Shown: positions 17,714 through 28,088 of the stretch, piece after piece
Position numbering within the stretch: position 1 is the first letter of the stretch
Layout of the letters: every line of letters starts with the position of its first letter
From: a virus
Lineage: Duplodnaviria; Caudoviricetes
Reading direction: 5' to 3' (one strand)
DNA length: 64,000 nucleotides
IMG/VR virus record: IMGVR_UViG_3300031993_000015
Notes under the pieces: model-generated
Told to the model about the DNA's origin: nothing
The model's input: the letters and a program-made list of their open reading frames with translations, nothing else
The model's database searches: none
Translations under genes and position numbers: made by a program

Positions 17714-18781
17714 ATGGATTTCGCATGGGTTGTGGACGCACTGCGTCGTGGTCTCAAGGTCACACGCAAGGACTGGCTGCTGGCCAATCCACCGATGTAC
17801 CTGTACATGGTGACGGAGAAGAAGCCGGATGGCAAGCACATCATCAAGATGCACCCAGGAACGGGTCCAGACTTCGAGTGGACTCCTACTGCAGAGCAGC
17901 TGCTCATTGTGGACGACTGGGAGGAATACGTGGAGCCGAAGAAGAAGCCTATGTTCGGTAACACCAAGCTGACCCTCGATGAGAACGGTCCCCGCATGGG
18001 CGACACCATGACCGTCGAGGAGTACCTGAAGGTGCACAGCGGTGAGAAGCACACATTCAAGGATCTGTGCGACGACTACCTGGAGCAGCAGAAGGGCAAG
18101 GTCCAGATCAACGAGCTGCCCTGGGTCACGACAAATGGGTTGCACGGCGGGGAGCCCGTCGGTGAGTCCTGGCCTGCGCTCAAGAAGGTCTGGACCACGT
18201 ACTGGGACCTGGACATCCAGATCACAGGTGCACTGATCGACAAGGCAGACTATCCCTATACATTGTGTGAGCGCGATGTGGTCGAGCAGAAACGCGACAA
18301 GCTCGTTGTCCTCGCAGAGCCCGGTTTCTCCCAGCGCACTGTCACGTTGCACCTGGATGAGAACTGCTGGACAGACGCCAAAGCCGCATCCGCCAGTCTG
18401 ATCCACAGACTCACCACCAGGTTCGGCTGGAACACTGAGTTCTTCATCAGCCTGCTCAACGGTATCGAGCACACGGACGGAGACTGGTGCAAGCCCTGCT
18501 TTGAGGGCGACAACAGATCACTCGGCGATCTGTTCACGGAGGACATGGAGTTCCTGGCGCAGGAACAGGCGAGAGTCGCGCACACCTTCTACTACATCAT
18601 CAATCAGTATCTCAGGCTGGTGCAGACAACGGCTCCGGAGAGACAGCGCAAAGCACTGCTGGCGGCAGTCGAAGATCAGATGGAGCACAAAAGGAACGTG
18701 CTGTCTGCACTTGGTATCAAGGTGCCTGCTCCGCAGAAGACGGACGTCACGCTGCCCAAAGAGGACACCAACCATGTGTGA
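17714..18781 (+). CDS. DUF2829/Tad2-like N-terminal domain fused to an unknown C-terminal domain
   Basis: AAGGAG RBS; MDFAWVVDALRRGLKVTRKDW...MYLYM...WTPTAEQLLIVDDWE follows the DUF2829 pattern (F..A..A.K.G..V.R.GW...WxP...L.A.DW). Confidence 0.7.
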   Translation: MDFAWVVDALRRGLKVTRKDWLLANPPMYLYMVTEKKPDGKHIIKMHPGTGPDFEWTPTAEQLLIVDDWEEYVEPKKKPMFGNTKLTLDENGPRMGDTMTVEEYLKVHSGEKHTFKDLCDDYLEQQKGKVQINELPWVTTNGLHGGEPVGESWPALKKVWTTYWDLDIQITGALIDKADYPYTLCERDVVEQKRDKLVVLAEPGFSQRTVTLHLDENCWTDAKAASASLIHRLTTRFGWNTEFFISLLNGIEHTDGDWCKPCFEGDNRSLGDLFTEDMEFLAQEQARVAHTFYYIINQYLRLVQTTAPERQRKALLAAVEDQMEHKRNVLSALGIKVPAPQKTDVTLPKEDTNHV

Positions 18782-19631
18782 GAAAGAGCCCAAGCGCAGG
18801 AGCTGCACCACATGCCCGCAGTACGACGGCATGAAGTGCACGGCTACGGACTTCACACTGGGAGCTCGTGACGAGGTTCTGCAGCAGGAGCACCGCCGTG
18901 GGTTCATCTGCCTGGACACAGGCGAGGCTGAGCTGAAGGGTGACGCTGCAATCCAGTGGACAGCAGAGCAAGAGCGCCTAAGTCAGGAGAAAGGTTACAA
19001 GTCCTGCGTGGAGATGTGGGCCGCAGAGGGCAAGCAGGTCAAGTCAGGTTTCCTTATCGACGAGGACAACGAGCATCTGGAGCCTTTGCTGCAGGTGTCC
19101 TGTTCCCCTTCCTCGGAGAGTCCATCCCTACGGGATGGACCTCCTCAGAAGGGGAAAATCACGGAAAACAGACATCTACACAACACACTTCGCACGGCTC
19201 TCGTCAGGAATCCGGAAATACACTGCGGCAACTGTAAAAAGAGCCATAAGGAGGGAAATCGGTTGGTCTGCGACAAATGGGGCATCCAGAACATCTTGAT
19301 GCCACAGCGCACCTGTGAGAAGTGGGCGTTCAGAGCGACGACCGATTTGTCCAGCCTGCTGGTACACGACCATAACGAAGCACCTTCCTTATATAAGGAA
19401 GGTGTGTCTTCCAAACCGAAAGCCGGAGATCTGGTGATTGTTCCGGGCAACAGCATCTGCACTGCAGACAATGTGTCGATTAACAAGCGACCCGCTGAAG
19501 ACAACTGTATTACTTACATAAGTAATACACCTGATTCAAATGCAGTGTTCACAGATGAAGAAATCTCACAACTGACCGATGCGTTGCGCACCATGCAGCG
19601 CATCCTGGGACAACACGGAGTAACACTATGA
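18774..19631 (+). CDS. hypothetical protein with two Cys-rich motifs
   Basis: GAGGA RBS; SCTTCPQY...KC and HCGNCKK...VCDKW...TCEKW. Confidence 0.7.
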   Translation: MCEKEPKRRSCTTCPQYDGMKCTATDFTLGARDEVLQQEHRRGFICLDTGEAELKGDAAIQWTAEQERLSQEKGYKSCVEMWAAEGKQVKSGFLIDEDNEHLEPLLQVSCSPSSESPSLRDGPPQKGKITENRHLHNTLRTALVRNPEIHCGNCKKSHKEGNRLVCDKWGIQNILMPQRTCEKWAFRATTDLSSLLVHDHNEAPSLYKEGVSSKPKAGDLVIVPGNSICTADNVSINKRPAEDNCITYISNTPDSNAVFTDEEISQLTDALRTMQRILGQHGVTL

Positions 19632-22288
19632 CCATCACTATCGCGAGCACTGTAACGAACGATTGGATCCGGTTTTTGTATGTCCTCATGGGTTCCATCA
19701 AGGGGCACAAGAAAACGGATACCACAATCGAGTACCACGTGTTTGTTCCGTACACTGCAGACAAGGACAGCGCCTATTACGATGGGTATTTCGGCGATCT
19801 GCAGTCAGACACATTCCATGTGCACCTGATGGATGCGCAGCCGCTTGTTCAGAGAGTAGGCAGCGATCTGCCAGGCGCACATATCATGTACATCAGATAT
19901 CTATTCCCGGAGGTGTTCCCGGATCTGGACCGTATCCTGTTCCTGGACGCGGATGTTCTGTGTTACAACAGCGGCATAGAGGATATCTGGGAGACGGACA
20001 TTACCGACTGCTACGCAGCCGTCGCTGCAGATCCTGTTATTGAACGAGCGCCTGAGTGCCAAGCAGAGCGCTACATGGTGGGGAGCTCTAAGTATTTCAA
20101 CGACGGAGTCAGCTTGCTCAATCTGAAATACATGCGAGAGACCGGTATGGACAAGCGGTTGGCTACCTGGTTGACAAACTGGGATTACAGCAGGCTGCAA
20201 CCAAACTACTTTGCGCAGACACTGGCAAATTACCTGTTTCGGGATCATGTCAGATGGTTTTCCAGTTTGTATAACAACATGCTGCTCGCCGCGTGGGGCT
20301 ATAGTGTGAACGCGCATAAAGACAATGCAGCAGAGCTTGGTTACGCAGCACCATTGGATACCGTGAAGGACACCGTATTCCTGCACTTCTGCGATCACTG
20401 CAAGCCATGGCTTGAGACTTTGCCGAACCCGGAAGATATGTACCCGTACATACAGGAGTCACGTACTATCTGGGCGGAGGCTGAAAAGGCATACGGCAAA
20501 ATAAGCAACCATGATATACAGTGTACAGCAATAAAGATTGCCAGTGCGTTCACAGTGGACAGATTGTCTGTCTTTTATGTGTTGCTGAACAGCATTAAGC
20601 ACAACAAGAAACCGGATACCACGGTTGACTACTATGTGTTTGTGCCGTACGCAACCGCCAAGGGACAGGACTATTACGAGAACTACTTCGCAGAACTGCA
20701 GGATGACATGTTCCATGTGCATGTTTTGGATATACTGCCCGTGCTCCAGCAGATGGGAGATCTGTATGGCGGCCGCATCTACTACACCAGGTGTATGTTC
20801 CCCATGGTATTTCCAGAATTGGATCGTCTTCTGTATCTGGACGCGGATGTACTATGCTGCAGAGCCGGCATCGAGGAGTTCTGGGAGACAGATCTGACAG
20901 ATTGTTATGCGGCTGTTGTTCCGGATCCTCCTATTATGTGGGCGGATCGCTACAAGTTCGAAAGGGAAAATACAGGCCTTTCCAAATACTTCAACAGCGG
21001 TGTCATGCTGTTCAATTTCACGGAGATCAGGAAGCAGGGTATGGACGCGAAGCTGGTCGAGTGGTGCAGGAGGTGGGACAATGATAAGCTGAAGCCGTAC
21101 CACCATGACCAGACACTGATGAACTGGCTGTTCCAGGATCATGTCAAATGGCTGCCCTGGCTGTACAACAACCAGGTGCTGACCTCTTGGGGCTACAAGG
21201 TTGCGTCTTACGAACAGCAGGCTGCAGAGGATGGCTACAAAACACCGCTGGATACCGTGAAGGACACACTGTTCCTGCACTTCTGTGACCATGTGAAACC
21301 CTGGGCTTCCAAACTACCATACCCGGAGGTCACATATCCGTATCTCAAGGAAGCGCGTATGGTCTGGCGTGATGCAGTCACCAAATACGCCAAGCAGCCG
21401 GACGCCATGCAGGATACCATTACCATCGCCACGACTGCCACGCTGGACCGCAAGGAGAACGTCTACATCCTGATGAACGGCATCCGCGAGAATAAGCGGA
21501 TGGACACGTTGATCATGTTCTACCTATTTGTGCCAAAGACCGAGATCCCGGAGTTCCAGCGCTACCTGACAGGCATCCCGTCCGAAACGTTCAAGGTAAC
21601 TATTATGGATGTGGACTGGTTCGCCGACAAGGTTGACACCAGAGGCACCATACGGAATCACCTGTACTACGCCAGATGCCTGTTCCCGCAGGTGTTCCTG
21701 ACGACAGACAAGCTGCTGTACATGGACATAGACATGGCCTGCATCGGCCCAGGCATCGAAGAGCTGTGGAACGAGGACATCGAGGGATGCTGGGTAGGTG
21801 CCTGCATCGACCCGACCTGGCAGTACTGCCCGTACTTCAGCCACGATCCGATCAACACCGGGACGGACCACTACTTCAACAACGGCATGATGCTGATGAA
21901 CCTGAAGCAGATCCGCAAGGACGGCAAGGACAAGGAGTTCGCAGAGTGGTGCCTGCACTGGGACAAGACCAAGCTGGTCTGCCATTGCTTCGACCAGACG
22001 TTGTGTAACTACTTGCTGAAGGACAAGGTGCGGCTGCTGAACACCAGGTACAACAACAGCCTGCTGGTGTCTCTGGGTGTCGCAGAGGACGCCTATGCGC
22101 TGTACATGGAGGAACAGGGCTACGACGAGCCGCTGGACAGCCTGCGCGACGCCGTGTTCCTACACTTTTGCGGCAGCAAGAAGCCGTGGGACCAGAAGGC
22201 GCTGGCCTGCAGCAAGGACGAGTACCCGTTCAAGGACGAGGCCGTGGATCTGTGGCGGCAGATCAAGGAACGATTCGGCAAGAAGTAA
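19628..22288 (+). CDS. glycosyltransferase family 8 protein with three tandem GT-A domains
   Basis: Three copies of DRILFLDAD/DRLLYLDAD/DKLLYMDID, YFN(D/S/N)G, (A/D)QTLxN and LHFC..KPW motifs. Confidence 0.9.
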   Translation: MTITIASTVTNDWIRFLYVLMGSIKGHKKTDTTIEYHVFVPYTADKDSAYYDGYFGDLQSDTFHVHLMDAQPLVQRVGSDLPGAHIMYIRYLFPEVFPDLDRILFLDADVLCYNSGIEDIWETDITDCYAAVAADPVIERAPECQAERYMVGSSKYFNDGVSLLNLKYMRETGMDKRLATWLTNWDYSRLQPNYFAQTLANYLFRDHVRWFSSLYNNMLLAAWGYSVNAHKDNAAELGYAAPLDTVKDTVFLHFCDHCKPWLETLPNPEDMYPYIQESRTIWAEAEKAYGKISNHDIQCTAIKIASAFTVDRLSVFYVLLNSIKHNKKPDTTVDYYVFVPYATAKGQDYYENYFAELQDDMFHVHVLDILPVLQQMGDLYGGRIYYTRCMFPMVFPELDRLLYLDADVLCCRAGIEEFWETDLTDCYAAVVPDPPIMWADRYKFERENTGLSKYFNSGVMLFNFTEIRKQGMDAKLVEWCRRWDNDKLKPYHHDQTLMNWLFQDHVKWLPWLYNNQVLTSWGYKVASYEQQAAEDGYKTPLDTVKDTLFLHFCDHVKPWASKLPYPEVTYPYLKEARMVWRDAVTKYAKQPDAMQDTITIATTATLDRKENVYILMNGIRENKRMDTLIMFYLFVPKTEIPEFQRYLTGIPSETFKVTIMDVDWFADKVDTRGTIRNHLYYARCLFPQVFLTTDKLLYMDIDMACIGPGIEELWNEDIEGCWVGACIDPTWQYCPYFSHDPINTGTDHYFNNGMMLMNLKQIRKDGKDKEFAEWCLHWDKTKLVCHCFDQTLCNYLLKDKVRLLNTRYNNSLLVSLGVAEDAYALYMEEQGYDEPLDSLRDAVFLHFCGSKKPWDQKALACSKDEYPFKDEAVDLWRQIKERFGKK

Positions 22289-22294
22289 GACGCC

Positions 22295-22325
22295 AGGGCG
22301 CTCCGGATGGGGCGCCTTTAATTTT
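22295..22325 (+). terminator. intrinsic terminator after the GT8 gene
   Basis: AGGGCGCTCC/GGGGCGCCTT stem plus T-rich tail. Confidence 0.65.
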
Positions 22326-22343
22326 GTACTTGAAGTTGAAAAT
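22321..22343. repeat. 23-bp pseudo-palindrome copy 3
   Basis: ATTTTGTACTTGAAGTTGAAAAT. Confidence 0.8.
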
Positions 22344-22480
22344 CGTACAACCTGATTATGCAACTTGGGTTGTATGATATGTTGTATAAACGGTTCGGCT
22401 GATTGGGTCATCATGTTGTTACGCCGCGCCTATGGTAACGATATCACTCTCTTTAATGGTTGCAACCCAGGAGATTCACT

Positions 22481-22783
22481 ATGTACGAAACAAAGCCCGA
22501 AATCATCGGCATGTACAACAATGGCCTGAAAGGCGGCGGTGGCGGAGGCGGTGGCGGCACCGGCCCAACCATCACGATTACCATTCCGAGTGCCACGCTG
22601 TCGTCCGAAGGCGTTGTCATTACAGGCAATACAACGAACAGCTCACTGACCGCCGAGGACGTGACACATGTCCCGACCCAGTGGTTTTTCCAGAACGAGA
22701 TCGCAAGGCTGGATCAGCGCATCGACGATGTGCCCGGCACGATCCAGTACACCAAAATCGCACAATACCCACCTGAGAACTAA
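22481..22783 (+). CDS. small Gly/Thr-rich protein upstream of the fibre gene
   Basis: AGGAG RBS; poly-Gly linker. Confidence 0.7.
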   Translation: MYETKPEIIGMYNNGLKGGGGGGGGGTGPTITITIPSATLSSEGVVITGNTTNSSLTAEDVTHVPTQWFFQNEIARLDQRIDDVPGTIQYTKIAQYPPEN

Positions 22784-22794
22784 GGAGCACCCAC

Positions 22795-25700
22795 ATGGCT
22801 ACTCAGACTTATATGACCGCCAAGCTCAACCTCGCTGACGGCACTATCGTTTATCCGCAGATCTCCCTGGACAACATTGTCAAGAGCATCAGCGATCCCA
22901 CGCTGGTCACTGTGGCAACACTGGATGGAAGCAGCAAGGTTTCCATCAATAATCTGCCTGTCACGACATCTGTGACCGATTCGAACAGCACGGTTCCGAC
23001 CAACGGCGCTGTCTATGGCGCACTGAACACCAAGCAGAACACGCTCGTGGAGGGCGACAACATCATTCATATCATCGGCGGGAGCACCATCATGGCAGAC
23101 ATCACCAATCTTGACGTGGCCGGCATCGACCAGACAGCCACCAACGGCGTCTATCTGGTCCTCGATGGCAACACGATCAGTGCGGCGGCCGATCTCGCTG
23201 CCACAAACGCTGCTGGTGTGATCGCCGGTGGCAACAACAGTGTCGCGATCACCAACGGCGTCATTCAGGGCGCGACTCCAGAAGAGATCCGTGGCGGTAC
23301 AGGTAGCATCGTCACAGCCGAGCAGCTGCAGGTCGCTCTGTATGAAGGCTGGAAGACTGAGGACATCCTGGATCCCACGATCCACAAGAGCACATTCAAC
23401 GGCTGCTGCTATGAACTGGATCCTGTGAACAACGAGATCATCTGCGGTGGTACAGTCGGTTCTGAGGGCGCTTTCATGACCTTCGACTTCTGGCAGCCTG
23501 TGCGCTACCTGTCCACGATCAATGCCAAATGGATCGTTACTTGCGAAGTCTGGAACAACACTCCTGCTGTTCCGATCAACCTGGGCATCGGAGAGGGCGG
23601 CTCGATCATAACCGGTGTTCCGACCAGGACAAGCTCCTCCGGTACATGGGAACGTCTTGCTATTGCTGTGGACACAACGACGCAGCTTGAACGCTACTAT
23701 CTCCGCTGGCAGACGGCTAACACGACCGCAGGTACGGTCTGCAGCTGGAAGATCCGCAATGTCGCGTTCATCAATGCCAATGCTCTGAACAGCCGCGCCA
23801 AATGGGCCGAGATTGTGAACAATCCCGGTGAACTGTATAAGTCTGGCGCCGGTATCCGGATCAACTGCGATACAATCGGCGTTGATGAAGCGTCTGTCGA
23901 AGATATCGTCGGCGGCGACGCGATTGGCAACAAGACCATTACCCCCAGAGCTCTCCAGGGTGCTTTCAGCGCAGGCAAGGCTGTCGATGTCACATGCACA
24001 CCATACAACAATTATGGCACGCTCGTGAATATCATCGCCGGCGTGGTGCAGACTTCCATCACGGACCCCAAGGGCACTCTCCAGTGGTCCACTACCTCAG
24101 CGCTTGCCAATCAAGTCAAGATCGGCTTCTATGACACCAGTACGCATGCGTTTCCGGCTTATGCTGAGTCCTCTCCCGGTGTCGGCCTTTATTATCTGCT
24201 GTTTGCTGACATCAAGAACACCGGAACCACTAATCTCTGGATAACCACAGGCGGAACAGACACTGCTGGTTCCGCTTATGGCCAGCCGAGATTCCTCGCC
24301 CCTGGCAAAAGTGGCAGATTCGTCATGCTGTTCCATACCAAGGATTCCGCATACTTCCAGCTGACTACACCGGCTGCCGGATCACAGATCGAGATCACCA
24401 ACATGCGCGAATACGAGGTGAACGGTTGCTCCGACGCGGCCCGTGCCTATATTGGCAGCCTGCCCAATCCGGATGACTTCAACGCTTACTACGCAGTGGG
24501 TACCGAGGAAGTGAATCCCTGGATTCCGATCATCAACATGAAGTCCAGCCCTTCGACCACGATTGCCAGTGGCCTGGACTACAAGCTCCTCGCCAACGAC
24601 GGCGCCACGCATACGCTGACTGTGGATACATGCCCGACCGGCTACTACGGCCGCGATGCCCACATGAGCCTCTTCGTCGGCGCCACTGACAAGATCCAGG
24701 TAGAAGCGCCGCTGGTGCTCATGCAGCCGCTGACGGCAAACGCTGTCAACAACTGCACGATTAAGTTCCGCGACGGTGAAGCCCGCATGTACGTGGACGA
24801 CACTGCGTATGGCTACACCGTGATCCTGACATCCGGTACAGACAACGGCAGTCTCAATTACGGCATCTGGAACAGCACGGCCGAGTATATTACTTTCAGT
24901 GCTGTCACGGATGGTCAGGACGTGCTGATCGACAGCGGTACCATCAGCCGCAACATGAATGTGCTGGGCAACGGTCCGGAGAATACGAAGATCACCGGCG
25001 GCACGGTCAAGTTCTATCAATGCTCGCCGACGTTCAACAATCTGACAGTGTCTGCCAGGTTCCAGGACTATGCGTATAGTCAGAACCCATATGGCTGGTC
25101 TCCGCAGTTCTATAACTGCCTTTTCGTGGATGTCAACGGCATCACCACATCGGAAGGATCTGGTAGCGGTATATCCCTTGGCTATCTGACCGCTCGTATG
25201 TATGATTGCGAGATCACCGGATGTACCAGCTACATATTCGCAAAGAGCCCGTTCGCCGGCCTTTATATTCAGAACTGCTGGTTCCATGACAACAGCATTG
25301 TGAGTCGTATTGCCATCGGCCGTAATTGCACCGTAAAGGGTTCCACGTTCTCGGATGCGTGCAATGGAATATGGATGGAGATCACTGGCGGCACTATGAC
25401 AGACTGTGTGTTCCCGACTACTGGGACGGCAGTGAGGGCGCTTGAAGTCGGAACAAAGGGCTACTATGCAAGCACCACGCTGGTGTCCGGTTCGACGTTC
25501 GGACAGAACCGTAACATTGCTGTCTGGAATGGCGGTACCGATGCAACTACAGGTGTTGTAAACGAGTCCTACCTGAAATTCAGTGGCACCAACTACATCG
25601 ACAGCACGATTGATGGCAGCGGCAGAGTCTCTACCCAGGCTTTCTCAACGACGAACTTCGGCGAGCACTTCTCCATTAACCTGAGTACGCTGAAGATATT

Positions 25701-27987
25701 TGAGATTTCAGCCGGCAGCACCCTGAACAACCTCCGTGTCCAGAACAACAATAATACGCAGAGGACCCGTATCATGCAGTTCTACGGCGGTACGGACGGC
25801 ATTCAGGTCAACAACGCCATTATCACGGGAAACACGAACACCAATAACTCCGCCGGACATATCAGCGCTGCAGGCATCGTCTACTTCACAGGCAGCACGA
25901 TTGCCAATAACGTTGGTAACAGTGGATACGGTCTATATTTCACTAGCGGCAGCCGTATCTACTTCGATAATGTCACATACGGCGATGGCAGTCCGTACTG
26001 CGAGAGCAACGTAACGCTCACAATCACCGGCAATCTGAATCTGGTTAGTGCAGGCAGTCTGTTCGCTACTTACATCTATGTCAAGAGCGGCGCTGTCATT
26101 ACTACAAAAGATAACACCAAGGCAGCCAATGCGTTTGTTCTGGGGCATACGATATCCTCGGTTCTTCCGTCTCTGGAGGACAATGTGTCAATCGTTTATG
26201 CTTCCGGTACGACGGCCACGGTCGATGCAATGGAGTTTGGGTATATCACGAAAGACGGCACACTGATGGAAAACGTCGGGCGTCCGCTCAGAATCACCGG
26301 TTCTACCGTGGATACCTGGACGGCATCCAAGGCGATCTTCGGTACACCAGTTGACGGCAGCGAGGCCGCTACGGTCAAGCTGTCCGGCTCCACACTGACT
26401 GGAACTTCCACGCTGACTACAAGACGCATCCAGCTCCCGGCCAGTACCACGATCAACATTGCCGGAAACAGCAATGTTGCCAACACCAAGATCCTACAGG
26501 CTGGTCTGATCGTCGTTGGCAACGATCCCGCCAGCCCCAGCGGCAGCGCTTCCGTCGTGACCGCGACCGGTACCACTGCCTACTCCGGCATCGGCACCTA
26601 CATCGACAAGGAAGGTGACAGCGACTTCGTTGCCGCCAACAAGGTCGTTTCTGTCAGCACGGATGCGGCATTTGCCACGGCTCTTACGGCGACCACAGGA
26701 TCCGACGGAACCAACCGGTTCATCGAGGTTCCTGCGGGCAGTGCTATTACAGCGGCATATGCGGATACCACAGCGGCTGTGAACAAGAACGTAATGACAG
26801 CGGACTTCGAGCCTGTTATCGGCGGCACGTGGTCTATGGTTACAGGGGACGCCCGTGTAGACTCCGAGACCGTATCCCAGACGCCAAGCCTGACGATAAC
26901 CGGTACGACGGCCACGTGGACCGGAGTTCTCCAGTTTACAGGCAACTGTGTTGTATCTGGTGTTATGGATGGTCGTTATCAGAACTGGATCGATATGACC
27001 AGCGGTGCCTCAATTACAGGCGGCACATTTGCGAACATGGGTATCATAAGCCACCAATATGGCGGCTTCCATCCTACCACAAACACAACGCTGCGAAATG
27101 TTACGATTACGAACGATAGCTATGTGCAGGGCTATGGTTATATTGGCAGACTTTACTATGCTTCTAACGTGCTGTATGATAACTGCCGCTTCCTGAATGC
27201 GTATGATGGCGGTTGCCCATTCTATATCAGTAATGGTCATCCGACATTCAAGGACTGCTACTTCTCGGCGAACGCCAATATCCATATGCAGAACGCTAAT
27301 AATAGCGTTGTTTTCAGTAGCACAAACAAGTTCCTTGCGGCACTTTTCCCGATCTGGGATGGAAGTGGTGAGTCTGGAACTGTAACGTTGGCGGACAACA
27401 GCGTGCTCGATATACGCGATAACGCCCACAGCACGGTCCTTAAACAGCCAGGCGGCATCATTTTCGGCAACAACGTCAAGATCTTCTATAACAGTAATGG
27501 TACCACCGTGTTGCGCACGGCTACCATCAGCGGTGCTACTGTTACATCTGTAAGCAATACAGGCACGCTTGGTACCACGAGCAACATCAACGGCAGCTTC
27601 AGTAGCTTGACACTTACGTTCACAGATTCCCTTGTTTATGTGAACTCCATAACCCTGGCGAGTGTCACGCTGTCCGGCGGATGGATCTTTCTGAATGATA
27701 ACGCCACGATGAACCTGTCTGGTAACAATGATGTATCTCACAGCATCACTTACTCAGACGGTGGCACAGGCAACAAGGTGACGTTTGCTGCAAATACTAC
27801 CCTGCGTATCAGGACAGCGAACAGCAACTGGGACTGGGTTGTCAAGACAAATGACCTTACCATCGGAGCGAACTGCAAGATTATCCTGCCGAGCGGTTCC
27901 ACTGTCAGTCTGAATGGCGGCGTTGCCGGACACTGGACAACGGCGCAGATCAAGACAGATGGTACGATTACAGGTACCCCGGCCTAA
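22795..27987 (+). CDS. tail fibre / tailspike-like adhesin with beta-helix regions (1730 aa)
   Basis: AAGGAG RBS; fibre-type repeats (ATPEEIRGGTG..VTAEQL; ASVEDIVGG...TITPRAL); long T/S/G/N-rich parallel beta-helix-like segments (FYNCLF, IQNCWFHDN, ITGNTN). Confidence 0.7.
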   Translation: MATQTYMTAKLNLADGTIVYPQISLDNIVKSISDPTLVTVATLDGSSKVSINNLPVTTSVTDSNSTVPTNGAVYGALNTKQNTLVEGDNIIHIIGGSTIMADITNLDVAGIDQTATNGVYLVLDGNTISAAADLAATNAAGVIAGGNNSVAITNGVIQGATPEEIRGGTGSIVTAEQLQVALYEGWKTEDILDPTIHKSTFNGCCYELDPVNNEIICGGTVGSEGAFMTFDFWQPVRYLSTINAKWIVTCEVWNNTPAVPINLGIGEGGSIITGVPTRTSSSGTWERLAIAVDTTTQLERYYLRWQTANTTAGTVCSWKIRNVAFINANALNSRAKWAEIVNNPGELYKSGAGIRINCDTIGVDEASVEDIVGGDAIGNKTITPRALQGAFSAGKAVDVTCTPYNNYGTLVNIIAGVVQTSITDPKGTLQWSTTSALANQVKIGFYDTSTHAFPAYAESSPGVGLYYLLFADIKNTGTTNLWITTGGTDTAGSAYGQPRFLAPGKSGRFVMLFHTKDSAYFQLTTPAAGSQIEITNMREYEVNGCSDAARAYIGSLPNPDDFNAYYAVGTEEVNPWIPIINMKSSPSTTIASGLDYKLLANDGATHTLTVDTCPTGYYGRDAHMSLFVGATDKIQVEAPLVLMQPLTANAVNNCTIKFRDGEARMYVDDTAYGYTVILTSGTDNGSLNYGIWNSTAEYITFSAVTDGQDVLIDSGTISRNMNVLGNGPENTKITGGTVKFYQCSPTFNNLTVSARFQDYAYSQNPYGWSPQFYNCLFVDVNGITTSEGSGSGISLGYLTARMYDCEITGCTSYIFAKSPFAGLYIQNCWFHDNSIVSRIAIGRNCTVKGSTFSDACNGIWMEITGGTMTDCVFPTTGTAVRALEVGTKGYYASTTLVSGSTFGQNRNIAVWNGGTDATTGVVNESYLKFSGTNYIDSTIDGSGRVSTQAFSTTNFGEHFSINLSTLKIFEISAGSTLNNLRVQNNNNTQRTRIMQFYGGTDGIQVNNAIITGNTNTNNSAGHISAAGIVYFTGSTIANNVGNSGYGLYFTSGSRIYFDNVTYGDGSPYCESNVTLTITGNLNLVSAGSLFATYIYVKSGAVITTKDNTKAANAFVLGHTISSVLPSLEDNVSIVYASGTTATVDAMEFGYITKDGTLMENVGRPLRITGSTVDTWTASKAIFGTPVDGSEAATVKLSGSTLTGTSTLTTRRIQLPASTTINIAGNSNVANTKILQAGLIVVGNDPASPSGSASVVTATGTTAYSGIGTYIDKEGDSDFVAANKVVSVSTDAAFATALTATTGSDGTNRFIEVPAGSAITAAYADTTAAVNKNVMTADFEPVIGGTWSMVTGDARVDSETVSQTPSLTITGTTATWTGVLQFTGNCVVSGVMDGRYQNWIDMTSGASITGGTFANMGIISHQYGGFHPTTNTTLRNVTITNDSYVQGYGYIGRLYYASNVLYDNCRFLNAYDGGCPFYISNGHPTFKDCYFSANANIHMQNANNSVVFSSTNKFLAALFPIWDGSGESGTVTLADNSVLDIRDNAHSTVLKQPGGIIFGNNVKIFYNSNGTTVLRTATISGATVTSVSNTGTLGTTSNINGSFSSLTLTFTDSLVYVNSITLASVTLSGGWIFLNDNATMNLSGNNDVSHSITYSDGGTGNKVTFAANTTLRIRTANSNWDWVVKTNDLTIGANCKIILPSGSTVSLNGGVAGHWTTAQIKTDGTITGTPA

Positions 27988-28004
27988 CAGCAACAAGAAT
28001 AACC

Positions 28005-28040
28005 AGCCCCTCCTGCCCCAGTGGTAGCGAGGGGCTTTTT
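28005..28040 (+). terminator. intrinsic terminator after the fibre gene
   Basis: AGCCCCTC...GAGGGGCT followed by TTTT. Confidence 0.8.
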
Positions 28041-28088
28041 CATGCCCGTATTGTAAGACAACCCACCAACCACAAAGGAGCAGCCACC

